Made by a program: the position numbers and the translations under genes. DNA of 64,000 bases from Candidatus Saccharimonadales bacterium (lineage in GTDB: Bacteria > Patescibacteriota > Saccharimonadia > Saccharimonadales > JANWIN01): contig JBBRLY010000012.1 of assembly GCA_038231155.1 (NCBI GenBank), positions 128,645 to 192,644 of the forward strand, given 5' to 3'. Every line of letters begins with the position of its first letter. Position 1 is the stretch's first letter. Positions 1-8,915 of the stretch are shown one piece after another. The notes beneath the pieces are model-generated. The model was not told the origin of the DNA and did not search any database. It saw only the letters and a list, made by a program, of their open reading frames with translations.

Positions 1-1
1 C

Positions 2-547
2 GAAGTAGTTGATACACTCGAACAAGCTAAACAACAAGTACTTAGCTATATTCCTAAAGGCTCAGAGGTATTTACTTCTACTTCTAAGACACTTGAAAAT
101 ACCGGTTTGGTGCTTGAAATTAACCAGTCCGGTAATTATGATTCAGTGCGCAATAAACTTATGGAGCTTCAAGGTAAAGAAGGGGATGAAGTCGATAAAC
201 AGCGTCGACAACTAGGCGCCACACCGGAATTTATTTTAGGTAGCGTCCACGCTATAACTGAAACTGGAGAAGTCTTAATAGCCTCGGCTACCGGTAGTCA
301 GATTGGACCCTACGCCTATAGTGCCAAACAGGTAATCTGGGTAGTTGGTGCCCAAAAGATTGTTAAAGATATGAGCGAGGCCATGGACCGCTTAAAGACT
401 TATACTTTACCACTTGAAGATCAAAGGCTTAAACAAGCCCATGGACCTCATGTGACAAGTGCAATTAGAAAGATTTTAATAGTTGATAAAGAGTTTAATC
501 CTGAACGCATCAGATTAATTCTTATAAAACAAAATGTTGGGTTCTAA
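2..547 (+). CDS. LUD-domain (LutC/YkgG-like, DUF162) protein, 5' end cut by window edge
   Basis: The frame is open from base 2 (EVVDTLEQAKQQVLSYIPKGSEVF...) and runs into the listed 107..547 ORF. GATPEFILGSVHAITETGEVLIASATGSQ resembles LUD-domain proteins. Confidence 0.6.
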   Translation, partial: EVVDTLEQAKQQVLSYIPKGSEVFTSTSKTLENTGLVLEINQSGNYDSVRNKLMELQGKEGDEVDKQRRQLGATPEFILGSVHAITETGEVLIASATGSQIGPYAYSAKQVIWVVGAQKIVKDMSEAMDRLKTYTLPLEDQRLKQAHGPHVTSAIRKILIVDKEFNPERIRLILIKQNVGF

Positions 548-606
548 TCTGTCATCTCCAGCGATAATCGTTTTAGAATTTGTAGGGGGTCTAGATGCTT
601 CTGTTA

Positions 607-640
607 TTGACTAGTGATACACTTTTGATACACTTGTCGT
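607..640 (+). promoter_or_regulatory. Promoter plus probable operator of TA cassette 1
   Basis: TTGACT (607-612), 16-nt spacer, TACACT (629-634), then ATG at 641 only 6 nt later. A perfect direct repeat TGATACACTT occurs at 615-624 and 626-635 (11-bp period) and overlaps the -10. Confidence 0.45.
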
Positions 641-865
641 ATGAGTACAACAAAATCTAGAATCAATATTAGCGTACCCGAAGAGGTAAAGGTCGCATTG
701 TCTAATCTTGCTAAACGAGACCAAGTTCCCACTGCCACTAAAGCCGGCCATTTACTAGAGATTGGACTTGAGTTAGAAGAAGATGAGGCTTGGAATGAAA
801 TTGCAGCCAAAAGAGACACTAAGACAGCAAACTTTCATACTCATTCTGAAGTTTTCAAAAGTTAA
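641..865 (+). CDS. Ribbon-helix-helix (CopG/RelB-like) antitoxin
   Basis: 74 aa. The N-terminal RINISVPEEVKVALSNLAKRD is a typical RHH beta-strand/helix. Its stop overlaps the start of a RelE-like gene by 1 nt. Confidence 0.7.
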   Translation: MSTTKSRINISVPEEVKVALSNLAKRDQVPTATKAGHLLEIGLELEEDEAWNEIAAKRDTKTANFHTHSEVFKS

Positions 866-1143
866 TGTACGAAATTCTATACGAAGATAACGTGATAAAG
901 AAAGATTTGTCTAAATTAGATAGTGTTTGGAAAAAGAAAATCCAAGAGGCAATTGAAACTAAATTAATGTCTAAGCCAGAAGCTTATGGTAAACCTCTAC
1001 GCCGATCCCTAAAAAATTATATGAAGCTGAGAATTGGAGACTACCGAGTTATATATAGAATTGAAGAAAAAGAACGACAGGTTAAGGTACTTGTTATCAA
1101 ACATAGATCAGCTGTCTATGCGACTGCATCAAAGCGGCTTTAG
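865..1143 (+). CDS. RelE/ParE family type II toxin
   Basis: 92 aa. KPLRRSLKNYMKLRIGDYRVIYRIEEKERQVKVLVIKHRSAVY matches the RelE/ParE core (G-DYR-IY ... V..I.HR). Confidence 0.8.
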   Translation: MYEILYEDNVIKKDLSKLDSVWKKKIQEAIETKLMSKPEAYGKPLRRSLKNYMKLRIGDYRVIYRIEEKERQVKVLVIKHRSAVYATASKRL

Positions 1144-1147
1144 AACA

Positions 1148-1175
1148 TTCGAAAATCATCCCGTATAGCCAGCCA
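1148..1175 (+). repeat. 28-bp cassette-flank repeat, copy 1 (TTCGAAAATCATCCCGTATAGCCAGCCA)
   Basis: Begins 4 nt after the RelE-1 stop. It matches 1774-1801 at 26 of 28 positions. Confidence 0.8.
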
Positions 1176-1218
1176 ATCACTATGAACTAAGCATTCTTTA
1201 ATTATTAGTTAATACTAA

Positions 1219-1247
1219 TTGACCTACATATACAAATTATGTATGCT
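1219..1247 (+). promoter_or_regulatory. Promoter of TA cassette 2
   Basis: TTGACC (1219-1224), 17-nt spacer, TATGCT (1242-1247). The ATG at 1254 lies 6 nt downstream. Confidence 0.45.
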
Positions 1248-1253
1248 TTATGT

Positions 1254-1508
1254 ATGAGTAGTAAGACAGTCAATATCTCACTTCCTGAAGAATTATTAAA
1301 TAAGCTGGACAGCGCTGCTAAAGATGAATTTACTAGTCGTAGTGACTTTATACGTGATTCTATTGTCCGGAGACTTAAACATCAAAAAGTAGTCGATGAA
1401 TGGGGTGATGAGGGAGAGTGGGAGACAATCGTTGATTTTAGGTCTGTTAACTCTTCGGGGGTGCCGGCTGAAGAAGTGCTAGCTGCTCTCCAAAAACTAT
1501 CTAAGTAA
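1254..1508 (+). CDS. CopG/RHH antitoxin
   Basis: MSSKTVNISLPEELLNKLDSAAKDEFTSRSDFIRDSIVRRL is a classic CopG-type RHH. I prefer the 1254 start because the track start at 1239 lies inside the predicted promoter. Confidence 0.75.
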   Translation: MSSKTVNISLPEELLNKLDSAAKDEFTSRSDFIRDSIVRRLKHQKVVDEWGDEGEWETIVDFRSVNSSGVPAEEVLAALQKLSK

Positions 1509-1510
1509 TC

Positions 1511-1759
1511 ATGGTAGATAAAATCGCCAAGTTGCTCGCAAAACTACCTAAGAATGATCTCGTTCGGCTTATGGCGGTTGTCAATAAGATAGTATTATCT
1601 GATTACAATGATTTAGATATCAAGGTTCTTAAAGGGAATAAAAATATCTTTCGGGTAAGGGTAGGAAATTACAGAATTATTTTTAGTGTAATATCTAAAA
1701 AGAAAACGGAAATTATATCAGTAGCCAAGAGAAATGAAAAAACCTATAAGGATCTATAA
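1511..1759 (+). CDS. RelE/ParE-like type II toxin
   Basis: 82 aa. LKGNKNIFRVRVGNYRIIFSVISKKKTEIISVAKRNEKTY matches the RelE-like core. It lies 2 nt after the RHH gene. Confidence 0.7.
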   Translation: MVDKIAKLLAKLPKNDLVRLMAVVNKIVLSDYNDLDIKVLKGNKNIFRVRVGNYRIIFSVISKKKTEIISVAKRNEKTYKDL

Positions 1760-1773
1760 TTAGTCAAGTGACG

Positions 1774-1801
1774 TTCGAAAATCATCCTTTATAGCCAGCC
1801 A
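1774..1801 (+). repeat. 28-bp cassette-flank repeat, copy 2 (TTCGAAAATCATCCTTTATAGCCAGCCA)
   Basis: Lies 14 nt after the RelE-2 stop and is near-identical to 1148-1175. Confidence 0.8.
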
Positions 1802-1912
1802 TGACTTGCGGCAAAGGGGACCAAAATGTCTGATGTATGCTTGTTTTAGTTGTTGTGGCTTTGAAATAAGTATTACCTGAGATCTAAAACTTAATCAGGT
1901 ATAATCTAGCCC

Positions 1913-2464
1913 ATGAATAGTAAAGAAACCTTACCAACCAAACTGCTATGGGTAGATCTAGAAATGACCGGACTAGATCCAGTTAAAGATTTAATACTGG
2001 AAGTTGCCGCCGAAGTTACCGACTTTAACTTTAAAACCCTAGATAATTATGAAGTATGCGTGAAGCATAAACGTGAGCTGGTTGCTGAACGAATGCAAAA
2101 AAATAACTGGTGGGCAGATTTTCCAGCTAACCGTGATGAATTTTTGGGCAATTTAGAAAAAGGCAAACCGCTTAAAATTGCTGAACAAGAGCTCATTACT
2201 TTAGTGAACAAACATTTTGGTAATGAACCAGCTGTACTAGCTGGCAACTCTATATATAACGACCGAATGTTTATTAAACAGTGGATGCCAGCATTGGACT
2301 TAAAGCTTCATTACCGGATGCTAGACGTCAGTGCTTGGAAAGTCTTGATGCAGGGGAAATACGGAGTTAAATACGAAAAAAAGCAAGTCCACCGAGCCTA
2401 CGATGATATCCAAGCTAGTATTGCCGAACTCCAGCATTACTTGGATTGGTTTAAAAGCTCTTAA
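1913..2464 (+). CDS. orn: Oligoribonuclease (DEDDh 3'-5' exonuclease)
   Basis: LLWVDLEMTGLDP, AGNSIYNDRMFI and HRAYDDIQASIAEL are the Exo I-III motifs of Orn. Length is 183 aa. Confidence 0.85.
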   Translation: MNSKETLPTKLLWVDLEMTGLDPVKDLILEVAAEVTDFNFKTLDNYEVCVKHKRELVAERMQKNNWWADFPANRDEFLGNLEKGKPLKIAEQELITLVNKHFGNEPAVLAGNSIYNDRMFIKQWMPALDLKLHYRMLDVSAWKVLMQGKYGVKYEKKQVHRAYDDIQASIAELQHYLDWFKSS

Positions 2465-2526
2465 AAACAGTAAGATTATTATTTGTTAGGATACTAAACA
2501 AGCTTATTAATGGATTTAATGAACTT

Positions 2527-3186
2527 ATGACTGACCAGAATATAGTTAATCAAACTCAAAAATTTGTTAGAAAAAAACTTGAAGGTGAGGGAAGTGGTCA
2601 CGATTGGTGGCACATTGTAAGAGTCGTCAACAACGCCAAAACGATTGCTAAAAAAGAAGGTGGCGATCTGTTTGTAATTGAGCTCGCGGCTCTACTTCAT
2701 GATATTGCCGATTGGAAGTTCCATGATGGAGATAGTAGCATCGGCGCAAATATAACACGCCAATGGTTAACTAAAAAGGCAGTTGACCCATCAGTGATTG
2801 ATGAAGTGGCCTACATTGTTGAGCATATTTCATTTAAAGGTGGGACCAATTCTATGCCAATGCGGACAATTGAAGGCAAAATTGTCCAAGATGCCGATAG
2901 ACTAGATGCTGTCGGTGCTATTGGTATTGCCCGGGCCTTTGCCTACGGCGGCGCAGCCGGTAGACAGATCTATAATCCAGATATTAAACCCAAACAATAC
3001 CAATCGTTTGAATCTTTCAAGAACACCATTACCGAAAATCACACGATAAATCATTTTTATAAAAAATTATTACTTCTAAAAGATAATATGAATACTAAAA
3101 CCGCAAAACAATTGGCCAAACACCGCCACCAGTTTATGAAGGCCTATCTCCAGGAGTTTTATAAGGAGTGGGATGGCCACCAATAA
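2527..3186 (+). CDS. HD-domain phosphohydrolase (YedJ-like)
   Basis: GHDWWHIVRV..., LAALLHDIADWKF and QDADRLDAVGAIGIARAF fit the HD superfamily. Confidence 0.8.
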   Translation: MTDQNIVNQTQKFVRKKLEGEGSGHDWWHIVRVVNNAKTIAKKEGGDLFVIELAALLHDIADWKFHDGDSSIGANITRQWLTKKAVDPSVIDEVAYIVEHISFKGGTNSMPMRTIEGKIVQDADRLDAVGAIGIARAFAYGGAAGRQIYNPDIKPKQYQSFESFKNTITENHTINHFYKKLLLLKDNMNTKTAKQLAKHRHQFMKAYLQEFYKEWDGHQ

Positions 3187-3448
3187 GATTTTTTTAGGTT
3201 TTAAATCTAGATTTTCATAGTGTGAGCAATTTCACAGTTTTATATCATTTAACTGTTAGACTGTAAGGGCCACTTGCAAGCAGCTGGCTAAGACAAATAA
3301 TTCAAATAAATTGCGGTTTAACAAAAGTGGGTACTAACCCATGCCAGATCGCAATTGTTTTGAATCTTGCTTAGAGATTTAAATTCACTAAAACTTATTT
3401 CAATTACCCCGCAATCACTAATTTAGTGATTGTATAGGAGTCTATATT

Positions 3449-4138
3449 ATGACGGAAAATAAATTTCCGGAGTCTTGGCATGCCCGCCCGGAATCCACAT
3501 CACCTAATATCAATAAAATATCTAGAGCTGTTATGGTTTTAATAGCAACTGTTTCCGGAGCAGCCGGTCTGGCTCATTTAAAATCTAGTGAATCGCCTGA
3601 TAAAACTAAACATCTAGCAGTTGCCAGTGGTGCGCAGCCAGTCGGTGGTACCATCACATTTGACCGGGCGGAAGTCGTCTTATTTCATGCCAGGGCCCAT
3701 CTGGTTGATCAAATTAACTTGGATAATGCTAACATTGCAGCAGTTGAGCAGGTTAATGAGCATAGATTAAAGACTATTGCTGTTTTGAAGGCTGAAGCGT
3801 CAAATCAACATCAAAGTCAAACCAGTCACAACTCTGTCTTTAGTTCCTCGGTTTCACCAAACTATATCCCCGGAAGTCTAAGTGACCAACAATTTTTGGT
3901 CTGCACTCGGGCTCATGAGTCAGATACTTCCGGTGGTTATAAGGCAATCTCGCCTGGTGGACAATATTTTGGAGCCTATCAGTTTTTACAATCGACTTGG
4001 AATAACACGGCCATACATTCTGGCCATCCAAATCTTGTAGGACTACGACCGGACCAGGCTTCACCAATTGAACAAGACAGCGAAGCTTTAGCCTTAAAAC
4101 ACTGGCAGGGAAAAGCACCTTGGGGTGATCGCTGCTAA
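3449..4138 (+). CDS. Membrane-anchored secreted protein with C-terminal Rpf-type transglycosylase-like domain
   Basis: An N-terminal TM segment (AVMVLIATVSGAAGLA) is present. The C terminus CTRAHESDTSGGY...YFGAYQFLQSTW...PDQASPIEQDSEALALKHWQGKAPWGDRC aligns with the Rpf core (CES..., YGG.QF...W, QAS..EQ, W..C). Confidence 0.7.
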   Translation: MTENKFPESWHARPESTSPNINKISRAVMVLIATVSGAAGLAHLKSSESPDKTKHLAVASGAQPVGGTITFDRAEVVLFHARAHLVDQINLDNANIAAVEQVNEHRLKTIAVLKAEASNQHQSQTSHNSVFSSSVSPNYIPGSLSDQQFLVCTRAHESDTSGGYKAISPGGQYFGAYQFLQSTWNNTAIHSGHPNLVGLRPDQASPIEQDSEALALKHWQGKAPWGDRC

Positions 4139-4170
4139 CAGTTAAATCTGCTGCTTGTTACAATAGGTTA

Positions 4171-4494
4171 ATGAATCATAAGCAGGTGGAGAAATATCTG
4201 CTAGGTATGCCTAATGCTAAACTGGATTACCCATTTGGCGAGGATGTGGCCGTATATAAAGCCGGCGACAAAATGTTTGCTCTAATTTCTGAGAAGTCTG
4301 ATCCAGTTCGGATTAGTCTTAAATGCGATGCACTGCTAGCCGAAACATTACGCACTAAATACGAAACGGTCATGCCAGGCTATCACTTAAATAAAAAACA
4401 TTGGAATACTATTGTACTGACTGGTCAGATACCCTGGGCAGAGGTTCAAGGTTTAATTCGGCATAGTTACCAATTAGTAACAGGTGAGAAATAG
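4171..4494 (+). CDS. MmcQ/YjbR family DNA-binding protein
   Basis: LDYPFGEDVAVYKAGDKMFALI...PGYHLNKKHWNTIVL is the MmcQ/YjbR signature. Confidence 0.8.
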   Translation: MNHKQVEKYLLGMPNAKLDYPFGEDVAVYKAGDKMFALISEKSDPVRISLKCDALLAETLRTKYETVMPGYHLNKKHWNTIVLTGQIPWAEVQGLIRHSYQLVTGEK

Positions 4495-4522
4495 ATCAAC
4501 TGTCATTTTTGGTTTATAGTTT

Positions 4523-5143
4523 CTAAGTTTTTTGAGGTCCCTGAATAATCACGACATTGTTAAAGTTTGTCTTCAACACAGTTTTTTCACTATTACGGGT
4601 TGCTAATTTAAATTCAGATTGCAAAGATTGCTTGTAAGTATTGAGCTGATCTTGAATAATTTTAGTGAAAGTATCATCAAAAGTATCACTCTGGGCAGCA
4701 GAAGTTAGCTCTTGATCAGTCCGGCTATTTTTAAGAAGAAGTAAAGTCGGTATCGAAACGTTGTGATGGTATTGACTAAGTAAGGCCAGAGTCTGGTTCT
4801 GATTTGATTGAATACTAAGTTTAGTTGTCTCGGCCAGCACTTTAGTATCTCTAGAAACAGCGTCGGTAGTTCCTATCGTAGCTATCCGCACCAATTCGTT
4901 CTGTTGCTGGGCTAAGTTAACTAGTGATTGAATGTTAGTTTTACCGCCGCTACCAATAATAGATATAAAGACGATAGCAATTACCAAAAATAGAACTGCC
5001 CCAATGGAAACTATGGTGACACGCTGTTTTAAAGAGCCACTAAAGCGTTTCGGCTTACCAGTGTCCATAATAAAATCGTAAGGCGTGTTAGACCCATTCG
5101 GTATCGGTGCCGGTGGCGGAGCAGGCGGAACATTGGCATTCAT
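4523..5143 (-). CDS. Single-pass membrane protein, unknown function
   Basis: Pro-rich N terminus, one TM (VTIVSIGAVLFLVIAIVFISII) and a Gln/Thr-rich ectodomain. I recognise no motif. Confidence 0.5.
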   Translation of the reverse strand: MNANVPPAPPPAPIPNGSNTPYDFIMDTGKPKRFSGSLKQRVTIVSIGAVLFLVIAIVFISIIGSGGKTNIQSLVNLAQQQNELVRIATIGTTDAVSRDTKVLAETTKLSIQSNQNQTLALLSQYHHNVSIPTLLLLKNSRTDQELTSAAQSDTFDDTFTKIIQDQLNTYKQSLQSEFKLATRNSEKTVLKTNFNNVVIIQGPQKT

Positions 5144-5203
5144 ATAAGCATAATAATAAAGCTTTTGTGTTGTCGGTGCTAGAGCTTAGAAACAATAACT
5201 AAA

Positions 5204-5232
5204 TTGACAATAACGCAATAACTTGCTATAAT
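5204..5232 (+). promoter_or_regulatory. Consensus sigma-70 promoter (TTGACA-17-TGcTATAAT)
   Basis: TTGACA at 5204-5209, 17-nt spacer, extended TG at 5224-5225, TATAAT at 5227-5232. An AT-rich leader of about 57 nt without a Shine-Dalgarno sequence runs to the ATG at 5296. Confidence 0.55.
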
Positions 5233-5295
5233 GTATTTACAATTTAAACATAAATAAGTATTCTAAACATTAGCAAGTTCTTAAAATAATTCAAA

Positions 5296-5913
5296 ATGCC
5301 TTCACTTGAAACAGAAACACTAGCCGAAGTAGAACCAGAAAATACCCGCTTACGCGAAGCACGCCATAAACTAGCAGATCGTGCTGGTGTAACGATATCA
5401 GACGAACCCTATGCTCTTAGCAAAGAAGATGCTAGAGCGGTCTCTGGTAAAGACTTTGGTATGCCACTAGACGTAATAGCCAAGAAGAGTAAAGCCCTAA
5501 GAGGATTTGGTGAAATTGTCAGACGAAGATTAGATAACGCCGTTACTATGAAATTATATCAACGCCAGGTACCGTCTGGTGAAGCTGTTGAATTACTACG
5601 ACCATTTACGTCGTTGGATGAGCGGTTCGTCCAACATAAAGGTCTACAATCTCCGGCCGCTGAACTAAGTCGTTCCTGGGCAGTTATTAGCGCTTTTAAT
5701 TTACTGGGTGAAGATGGAATGAGTCACAAAGTTATGGCAGAACATTTAAGAGATGCTAAAGTCGGTTTATATAACTCACCAGAAAATGGTGCGCCAACAC
5801 TTGAAACCCGGACTATCGAACTAGTTAATGGCACAATTTGTGAAATGAATGCTTTAGCTGTTGGTGTTCCCGACCAAGTAATCGATACCCAAGTAGTTGT
5901 AATCCCCAAGTAA
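5296..5913 (+). CDS. Hypothetical protein
   Basis: 205-aa ORF behind a consensus promoter. I recognise no motif. Confidence 0.5.
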   Translation: MPSLETETLAEVEPENTRLREARHKLADRAGVTISDEPYALSKEDARAVSGKDFGMPLDVIAKKSKALRGFGEIVRRRLDNAVTMKLYQRQVPSGEAVELLRPFTSLDERFVQHKGLQSPAAELSRSWAVISAFNLLGEDGMSHKVMAEHLRDAKVGLYNSPENGAPTLETRTIELVNGTICEMNALAVGVPDQVIDTQVVVIPK

Positions 5914-5986
5914 CTTTTCAGTAACTTTTTAAACTAAGGGATAGCTAACCCTTTCAGCTTTAGTCTAACAGCTATAGACTATAAGT

Positions 5987-7735
5987 ATGGATGCAGTTGA
6001 GGATGTTAAAGGCCGACTTTCTATTGAGGATGTTATTAGCCGTTATGTAGAGCTTAAAAGAGCTGGGCGCAACTTCCGGGGCTTGAGCCCATTTAATAAC
6101 GAAAAGTCGCCTAGTTTTATGGTCAGTCCCGAAAAACAAATTTGGCATGATTTCAGTAGTGGTAAGGGTGGCAACATGTTTAGCTTTGTAATGGAAATGG
6201 AAGGCATAGACTTCCGAGGAGCACTGGAGCTACTAGCCCGCCAAGCTGGAATTGACCTTAGCCAATATCAAAAGAGTGGCGGTGGTCAGCGTACCCAGCA
6301 AAAACAGCGTCTAAGCGAAGCTCTCGAACTAGCCGCTAAATTTTATCAAGCCCACTTTAAAAAAAATCGACCATCGCTAGATTACATTATAAAAAAGCGT
6401 AAATTTACTAAAGAAACAGCCTTAAAGTTCCGAATTGGTTATGCACCTAACTCCGGTGATGCTTCAACCCGCTTTTTACTAAATAAAGGCTTTACACTTA
6501 ATGAACTTAAACAAGCCGGGTTAACTACCCAGCGCTACCAGCAACCTGGCGATATGTTCCGAGACCGCTTAATGATCCCTTTAATGGATCCATTTGGCAG
6601 TGTAATTGGTTTTACGGCCCGCACATTAGTTGATGAAGCTAATGCGCCTAAGTACATAAACACCCCCCAAACTATTCTTTATGATAAAAGCCGCCACGTT
6701 TTTGGTATGCATTTAGCTAAAGAAGCTATTAGAAAAAACGGTTATGTGGTTGTAGTAGAAGGCAACATGGATGTAATTGCCAGCCACCAAGTTGGAGTCA
6801 GTCAAACTGTAGCTACTGCCGGTACAGCTATCACCGAACAACACCTCAAAATGGTCGGGCGTTTAACACATGATGTACGACTCGCCTTTGATCAGGACCT
6901 GGCAGGACTAGCCGCCGCCGAAAGAGCCATTCCGCTAGCCTCTAAGCAAGATATATCACTGAGTATCTTAACTTTGACGAGTGCTAAAGACCCCGATGAA
7001 TTAATTCAAAAAGACCCAACGGCCTGGCAAAAAGCCATAGATAATCCCCAGTACGCCCTAGATTGGTTAATTGAGCGCTATCAAGATCAACTAGATCTAA
7101 CCGGAGCCCAGGGCAAACGCCAATTTACCGATATTTTATTCAAAGTCATTCGCCAACTTGATGATAGTGTCGAACAAGACCATTATATTAACCGTCTGAG
7201 TAAACTTATTGGTATCAATCCCGAAGCCCTGCGCACTAAACTAACAAAGGGAGCAGCCGCCAAACCGACACTTAAGCGTCGAACTTCGACTCCTGCCCAA
7301 GATGACGCCAGTCAACGCGAACTAATTAAAGCTCAAAATCACTTCCTAGCAATAATGTTAATGCAACCTGGACTGCGCATGTATTTAAAGCTTTTAACAG
7401 ATGATATTTTGCCCCAACCAGCTGCCAAAAAGCTACTTACTTATCTAAAAAAGTATCCTAAATTTGTGTTCGAAGAAACGGCCGAAGTACCCCCAGAGAC
7501 TAGAGAATATTGCCAAATTTTGGTATTATTATATGAGGAACTATATCAAGAAGTAGAGCTTTTGGATATGCGCTATGAGGCTGCCCAACTAAGGGCCCGT
7601 TTATTACAGCAATATGTTAAATTCCGCAAAACTGCGCTCGCTAAATTAATGCGAGATAATGGTGATTCTAATGAACTACTTACCCAAGCCAAAGAACTTG
7701 ATATGTTGCTTAATAGCACAAAAGGAGACAATTAA
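5987..7735 (+). CDS. dnaG: DNA primase
   Basis: The zinc-finger region has the usual cysteine positions replaced ([32 protein letters not shown]). A TOPRIM region is present ([22 protein letters not shown]). The gene is followed by and overlaps rpoD, as in the classic operon. Confidence 0.93.
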   Translation: MDAVEDVKGRLSIEDVISRYVELKRAGRNFRGLSPFNNEKSPSFMVSPEKQIWHDFSSGKGGNMFSFVMEMEGIDFRGALELLARQAGIDLSQYQKSGGGQRTQQKQRLSEALELAAKFYQAHFKKNRPSLDYIIKKRKFTKETALKFRIGYAPNSGDASTRFLLNKGFTLNELKQAGLTTQRYQQPGDMFRDRLMIPLMDPFGSVIGFTARTLVDEANAPKYINTPQTILYDKSRHVFGMHLAKEAIRKNGYVVVVEGNMDVIASHQVGVSQTVATAGTAITEQHLKMVGRLTHDVRLAFDQDLAGLAAAERAIPLASKQDISLSILTLTSAKDPDELIQKDPTAWQKAIDNPQYALDWLIERYQDQLDLTGAQGKRQFTDILFKVIRQLDDSVEQDHYINRLSKLIGINPEALRTKLTKGAAAKPTLKRRTSTPAQDDASQRELIKAQNHFLAIMLMQPGLRMYLKLLTDDILPQPAAKKLLTYLKKYPKFVFEETAEVPPETREYCQILVLLYEELYQEVELLDMRYEAAQLRARLLQQYVKFRKTALAKLMRDNGDSNELLTQAKELDMLLNSTKGDN

Positions 7736-8856
7736 TGGCTGATGAAGATACAACTATAGATGACAGCGTAGTTGACCCAGCTCTAGAAAAAGCCCGGCAA
7801 GAACTACTAGAACTAGCTAAAAAAGATGGCCGCATTGATCAACACGTAATCTTCGCGAAAATCCCCGATACCCCTGAGAATATCGATATTTTAGATAGTC
7901 TTTATACTGAACTAGCTGATGCCGATATTGCTATAACAACACCCAATGAACCGGCAACTGGTAATTGGACGGGCGAAGACCCTGAAGCAGAAGTAGTTTT
8001 AGATGATCAAGTTTATCTAGATGATATTGCCGATGATTCAGTACGTCTATACCTGCGAGAAATTGGTAAGATTCCACTTCTAACAGCTGAGCAAGAACTA
8101 GCCTTAGCTCAAAGAGTAGTAAGCGGCGAAAAGCGGGCTAAAGACCAAATGGCCGAAGCTAATATGCGACTAGTAGTTAGCATTGCCAAGCGCTATGTTG
8201 GACGCGGACTAGATCTACTGGATCTAATTCAAGAAGGCAATACTGGACTACTAAGGGCCGTAGAAAAGTTTGATCCGGATAAAGGCTTTAAATTTAGTAC
8301 CTACGCCACCTGGTGGATTCGCCAGGCTATTACCCGAGCTATTGCTGACCAAGCTCGGACTATTCGTATTCCAGTACACATGGTGGAAACTATTAACAAG
8401 TTACTTCGTACCCAACGTCGACTAACCCAGGAACTAAACCGGGAGCCGACTAATGAGGAAATTGCCGAGGCCATGGAAATTGACGTCGATAAAGTTGAAC
8501 ACATTATGAAAATCAAGCAAGATATTTCTAGTCTTGATGCTTCTGTACGTGATGATGAAGAAGACAGCGTCCTGGGAGATTTCATTGAAGACGAAGATAC
8601 TATTTCACCAGAGGAATCAGCAACTGTGCAGCTACTTAAAGAGCATGTCAAAGATATGCTCGGAGCCCTAACCGAAAGAGAACAAAAGATTCTAAAACTG
8701 CGCTTTGGCCTAGAAGATGGTAAAAGCCATACCTTAGAAGAAGTAGGCCAAGAATTTAGCGTAACCCGCGAACGTATTAGACAAATTGAGGCTAAAGCTC
8801 TGGCCAAACTACGCAAACACCGTGACGCCCGTAAACTACACGATTACATTAAGTAA
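7735..8856 (+). CDS. rpoD: Primary-type RNA polymerase sigma factor
   Basis: Regions 1.2-4.2 are present: [77 protein letters not shown]. Confidence 0.95.
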   Translation: MADEDTTIDDSVVDPALEKARQELLELAKKDGRIDQHVIFAKIPDTPENIDILDSLYTELADADIAITTPNEPATGNWTGEDPEAEVVLDDQVYLDDIADDSVRLYLREIGKIPLLTAEQELALAQRVVSGEKRAKDQMAEANMRLVVSIAKRYVGRGLDLLDLIQEGNTGLLRAVEKFDPDKGFKFSTYATWWIRQAITRAIADQARTIRIPVHMVETINKLLRTQRRLTQELNREPTNEEIAEAMEIDVDKVEHIMKIKQDISSLDASVRDDEEDSVLGDFIEDEDTISPEESATVQLLKEHVKDMLGALTEREQKILKLRFGLEDGKSHTLEEVGQEFSVTRERIRQIEAKALAKLRKHRDARKLHDYIK

Positions 8857-8861
8857 AATCT

Positions 8862-8882
8862 TAAGACCTTTATCAGGTCTTA
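8862..8882 (+). terminator. Possible rpoD terminator hairpin
   Basis: TAAGACC (8862-8868) pairs with GGTCTTA (8876-8882) around a 7-nt loop. It starts 6 nt after the rpoD stop, and the downstream U-run is weak. Confidence 0.4.
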
Positions 8883-8915
8883 TCTCATATAAAATTTGCT
8901 ATAATTAATTTTCAA

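Noticed and set aside
9-215. 68-aa ORF at the window start
   Set aside because: It is out of frame with, and overlapped by, the LUD-domain reading frame, which is open from base 2 and has recognisable motifs.
1148-1801. CRISPR-like or integron attC interpretation of the 28-bp repeats
   Set aside because: Only two full copies exist, separated by a ~600-bp protein-coding cassette rather than short spacers. The repeat has no internal dyad symmetry typical of attC or CRISPR repeats, and no cas or intI gene is present.
3187-3448. Calling the leader of the Rpf-like gene a ydaO/c-di-AMP riboswitch
   Set aside because: The genomic context fits, but I could not match the conserved ydaO core nucleotides by eye. 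I report it only as an unclassified structured leader, pending an Infernal scan.
8301-8816. Long antisense ORFs inside well-supported genes (8301..8816-, 9226..9858-, 45941..46372+, 47311..47592-, 52522..52980-, 36887..37297-, 28009..28254+ and similar shorter ones)
   Set aside because: Each lies fully within, or mostly opposite, a gene with clear conserved motifs (rpoD, kinase, rpsT, pnp, polA). Their translations are low-complexity Ser/Leu/Arg-rich, typical of shadow frames.
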